Origin: Myxococcota bacterium | GTDB taxonomy: Bacteria > Myxococcota_A > UBA9160 > UBA6930 | Assembly (NCBI GenBank): GCA_965223415.1 | Contig: OZ245002.1 | Location: 3,360,001 to 3,424,000, forward strand | Length of the DNA stretch: 64,000 bases | Direction: 5' to 3' | Shown here: one piece after another, positions 61,299-64,000 of the stretch | How positions within the stretch are numbered: the first letter of the stretch is position 1 | Layout of the letters: every line of letters begins with the position of its first letter | Program-made: the position numbers and the translations under genes | Notes under the pieces: generated by a model | The model's input: the letters and a program-made list of their open reading frames with translations, nothing else | What the model was told of the DNA's origin: nothing | Database searches by the model: none

Positions 61299-61940
61299 AT
61301 GGAGCTCTGGTCCGGTGTGTTGAGTCCGTTCAGCGCGAAGGTCCGCATCGTCCTGGCCGAGAAGGGCCTGCCCTACGAGCTGCGGGAGGTGCCTTGGACC
61401 CGCGAGAACCTGTGGGGGCCGAAGCCGCCGGCGTTCCTTGCAGTGAGCCCGCGGGGGGAGGTGCCGGCGCTCGTCGACGGGGATACGAGCGTCTACGACT
61501 CGACGGTCATCGTGGAGTACCTGGAGGATCGGTATCCGGAGGCGCCCATGCTGCCGTCGGAGCCGGCGGACCGTGCGCGCTGCCGGCTCGTCGAGGACGA
61601 GGCGGATCGGGCGATGCAGGTCGCCGTGACGTCCCTCATCCAGGAGGTGTTCATGAAGCCCTCCGGCGGGGGGCGGGACGTGGAGCGGCTCGCCCGGGCC
61701 AGCGAGGCCCTGCACCGGTTCTACGACGGCCTCGAGGCGGAGCTCGACGGGCGCGAGTGGCTCGGCGGGAGCTTCGGCGTCGCCGACGTCGCCGCCTTCC
61801 TGGTGATCGGCTTCGCCTCCACCCTCGGCGTGCCTCCCAAGGAAGGCACCCGCCTTCACGGCTGGGTGGCGCGGGCCGGGGCGCGGCCTACCGTCGCAGC
61901 CGAGCTCGAGGCGATTACGAAGGCCGCGGCCGCGGCGTGA
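61299..61940 (+). CDS. Glutathione S-transferase family protein
   Basis: SPFSAKVRIVLAEK, GEVPAL and DSTVIVEYLED motifs. Confidence 0.92.
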   Translation: MELWSGVLSPFSAKVRIVLAEKGLPYELREVPWTRENLWGPKPPAFLAVSPRGEVPALVDGDTSVYDSTVIVEYLEDRYPEAPMLPSEPADRARCRLVEDEADRAMQVAVTSLIQEVFMKPSGGGRDVERLARASEALHRFYDGLEAELDGREWLGGSFGVADVAAFLVIGFASTLGVPPKEGTRLHGWVARAGARPTVAAELEAITKAAAAA

Positions 61941-61957
61941 GGGCGGAGGCGAGACGA

Positions 61958-62377
61958 ATGAACGAGCTGCCCGAGGCTGTCCGGAAGCTGGTCGACCAGG
62001 CGATCGTGCGCTCGCCGTACGGCCGCCTGATCGGCGCGGAGCTGGCCGCAGCGCGAGCGGACGAGATCGCCGTGCGGCTGCCCTACCGGGAGGAACTCAC
62101 GACGATGGGCGACCTGGTGCACGGCGGCGTCATCGCCGGCCTGATCGACATCGCCGCCACCGCCTGCTTCTGGGCCCACCCGGAGGTCGGGGAGAACGCC
62201 CGCGGCACCACCGTTGGCTTCAGCGTGAGCTTCCTCTCCGGAGCCCGCGGGAGCGACCTCCTCGCCACGGCCCGGGTGCGCCGGCGAGGCCGCTCCATCA
62301 GCACCGGCGACGTCACCGTCACCGACGCGGACGGCACCGAGGTTGCCGCCGCCATGGTCACCTACAAGCTCAGCTGA
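61958..62377 (+). CDS. PaaI family thioesterase
   Basis: VHGGVIAGLID motif, hotdog fold. Confidence 0.9.
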   Translation: MNELPEAVRKLVDQAIVRSPYGRLIGAELAAARADEIAVRLPYREELTTMGDLVHGGVIAGLIDIAATACFWAHPEVGENARGTTVGFSVSFLSGARGSDLLATARVRRRGRSISTGDVTVTDADGTEVAAAMVTYKLS

Positions 62378-62458
62378 AGAAACGGGGCCAGAGTTAAGAA
62401 TTCAGTTACGCCCCTTGGGGCGTAACTGAATTCTTAACTCTGGCCCCGTTTCTTCAGC
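62373..62458. repeat. 86-bp palindrome (42-bp perfect arms, TT loop), REP/REPIN-like
   Basis: GCTGAAGAAACGGGGCCAGAGTTAAGAATTCAGTTACGCCCC-TT-exact reverse complement. Confidence 0.92.
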
Positions 62459-63887
62459 CGGAGATGGGCGGGCGGCGGCCGAACCAGGGACGGGCCTGTT
62501 CGAGCTGGCCGGCGAGGCGGAAGAGGGTGCCCTCGTCGCCGAAGCGGCCGGCGAACTGGATGCCGATGGGGAGGCCGGCCTCGTTCCAGCACAGGGGGAC
62601 GGACATGGCCGGGTTGCCCGACGCGTTGAAGAGCTGGGTGAAGCCGACGGTCTGCAGCAGGGCGCCGATGTTGGCGCCGGGGTTCGGGTTGGAGAGGCTG
62701 AGCGTGCCGAGGGTCGCCGGCGGCACGCCCAGGGTCGGCGTGAGGATCACGTCGACGTCGTTCATGAAGCGCGCCACCTGCCGGCCGACCCGGTGGATGC
62801 CCTTCACCGCGCGCACGTAGTCGGCGGCGCTGCGCGACCGCGCCGCGTTGGCCATGCCCCAGGTGCCCGGCTCCACGTCGCTCTCGGCGAGGGGGCGCCC
62901 GAGGGCCTCGGCCCGGTCCTCGAGGGATACGAGCAGGTTCGTCGGGATGATCGTCATCGACGCGGTGCGCATCGCGTCCTGATCCACCTCCAGCGTACGC
63001 TCCAACACCTCGTGGCCGAGCTTCTCGCACAGGCGCGCCGCGTCCTCTACTGCCGCCACGCAGTCCGGGTGGGTCGGTGTGCCGTTCCAGGTCGCGCGCT
63101 GGAAGGAGATGCGTAGGCGTCCCGGCGGCCGCCCCACCTCGTCGAGGTAGGGGCGCACCGGCGGCGGCGCCACGTAGGGCGCGCCAAGGTCCGGGCCGGC
63201 GGTGGCGTCGAGCAGCGCCGCGTTGTCCCGCACGCTCCGGCTCACCGCGTGCACGATGCTCATGCCCGCCCAGCCCTCGCCGACATCCGGCCCCATCGGT
63301 GTGCGGCCCCGGGTCGGCTTCATGCCGAACAACCCGCAAGCCGCGGCCGGGATGCGGATGGAGCCGCCACCGTCGCTCGCGTTGGCCAGGGGCAGGTAGC
63401 CGGCGGCCACCGCGGCCGCCGCGCCGCCGGAAGAGCCACCGGCGCTGTGCTCCGGGTTCCACGGGTTGCGGGTATCGCCGAACAGCGTCGACTCGCTGGT
63501 CGGCGTGATGCCGAACTCCGGCGAGAGGCTCTTGCCGAAGGTCACGAGCCCGGCGGCCCGGTAGCGCTCGGTCAGCTCGCTGTCGTGGTCCGGCACGTGG
63601 TCGGCGAAGAGCTGGCTTCCGTTGGTGGTGCGCACGCCCTCCCAGAAGAGGTGCAGGTCCTTCAACAGGAAGGGCACACCGGTGAAGGGCCCCTGGGGCA
63701 GGCCCGCCTCGATGGCCGCGCGGGCGTGCTCCACCATCGGGATCGGCACGGCATTGAGGGTCGGCTCGTGGCGCTCCATGCGCTCCAGCGCGGCATCCAG
63801 GAGCTCCTTCGGCTGCACCTCACCGCTTCGCACCAGCTCCGCCAGGGCCAGACCGTCGTGGGACTCGTACTCCTGCACTTCCGTCAC
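62454..63887 (-). CDS. Amidase signature family protein
   Basis: GVPFLLKD, GGSSGG and SDGGGSIRIPA motifs. Confidence 0.93.
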   Translation of the reverse strand: MTEVQEYESHDGLALAELVRSGEVQPKELLDAALERMERHEPTLNAVPIPMVEHARAAIEAGLPQGPFTGVPFLLKDLHLFWEGVRTTNGSQLFADHVPDHDSELTERYRAAGLVTFGKSLSPEFGITPTSESTLFGDTRNPWNPEHSAGGSSGGAAAAVAAGYLPLANASDGGGSIRIPAAACGLFGMKPTRGRTPMGPDVGEGWAGMSIVHAVSRSVRDNAALLDATAGPDLGAPYVAPPPVRPYLDEVGRPPGRLRISFQRATWNGTPTHPDCVAAVEDAARLCEKLGHEVLERTLEVDQDAMRTASMTIIPTNLLVSLEDRAEALGRPLAESDVEPGTWGMANAARSRSAADYVRAVKGIHRVGRQVARFMNDVDVILTPTLGVPPATLGTLSLSNPNPGANIGALLQTVGFTQLFNASGNPAMSVPLCWNEAGLPIGIQFAGRFGDEGTLFRLAGQLEQARPWFGRRPPISG

Positions 63888-63970
63888 CTCCTCGCGTCCG
63901 CTTGCCGACGGCGCGGCCGGGGCAGCATACTCCGGGGGGTAGCGGCCGGCGAACGGCTCGGGAGGACGGC

Positions 63971-64000
63971 ATGAGTGACTCCGCAGGCGACTGGGTGATC
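63971..64000 (+). CDS. Start of an unidentified CDS, truncated by window edge
   Basis: GGAGG RBS then ATG, open to the end of the window (MSDSAGDWVI). Confidence 0.5.
   Translation, partial: MSDSAGDWVI

Overview
High-GC, gene-dense bacterial chromosomal segment; the gene content and style suggest Myxococcota or a related deltaproteobacterial lineage (inference only). It holds about 64 protein-coding genes. These include a peptidoglycan-recycling operon (ldcA, serine hydrolase, mpl), thiD with a membrane MutS-like ATPase, Rrf2-apbC, a two-component system, a TetR-HlyD-ABC efflux operon, a BCCT transporter, PaaX-desaturase with a divergent enoyl-CoA hydratase, a GlpSTPQUV-type ABC transporter, dusB-ntrB-ntrC-thiE-nupC, moeA-mobA-dgkA-GH38 and lipid-catabolism genes. 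A periplasmic redox cluster comprises DUF3179, an Asn-Pro-Cys-repeat cytochrome c, a pentaheme cytochrome, DoxX and msrPQ. The best leads are: (i) the NPC-repeat cytochrome with a SoxA/TsdA-like motif and its cluster; (ii) an internally deleted REP-associated (Y1/HUH) transposase relic inside ~135-bp inverted repeats, plus two long palindromes (68 and 86 bp) between convergent genes; (iii) an apparently catalytically dead PD-(D/E)xK-like protein fused to a Tudor/SH3-like domain; (iv) readable operators for the PaaX, TetR and Rrf2 regulators and many leaderless-type promoters. No rRNA, tRNA or CRISPR array was seen. All family assignments come from motif recognition by eye, not database searches.
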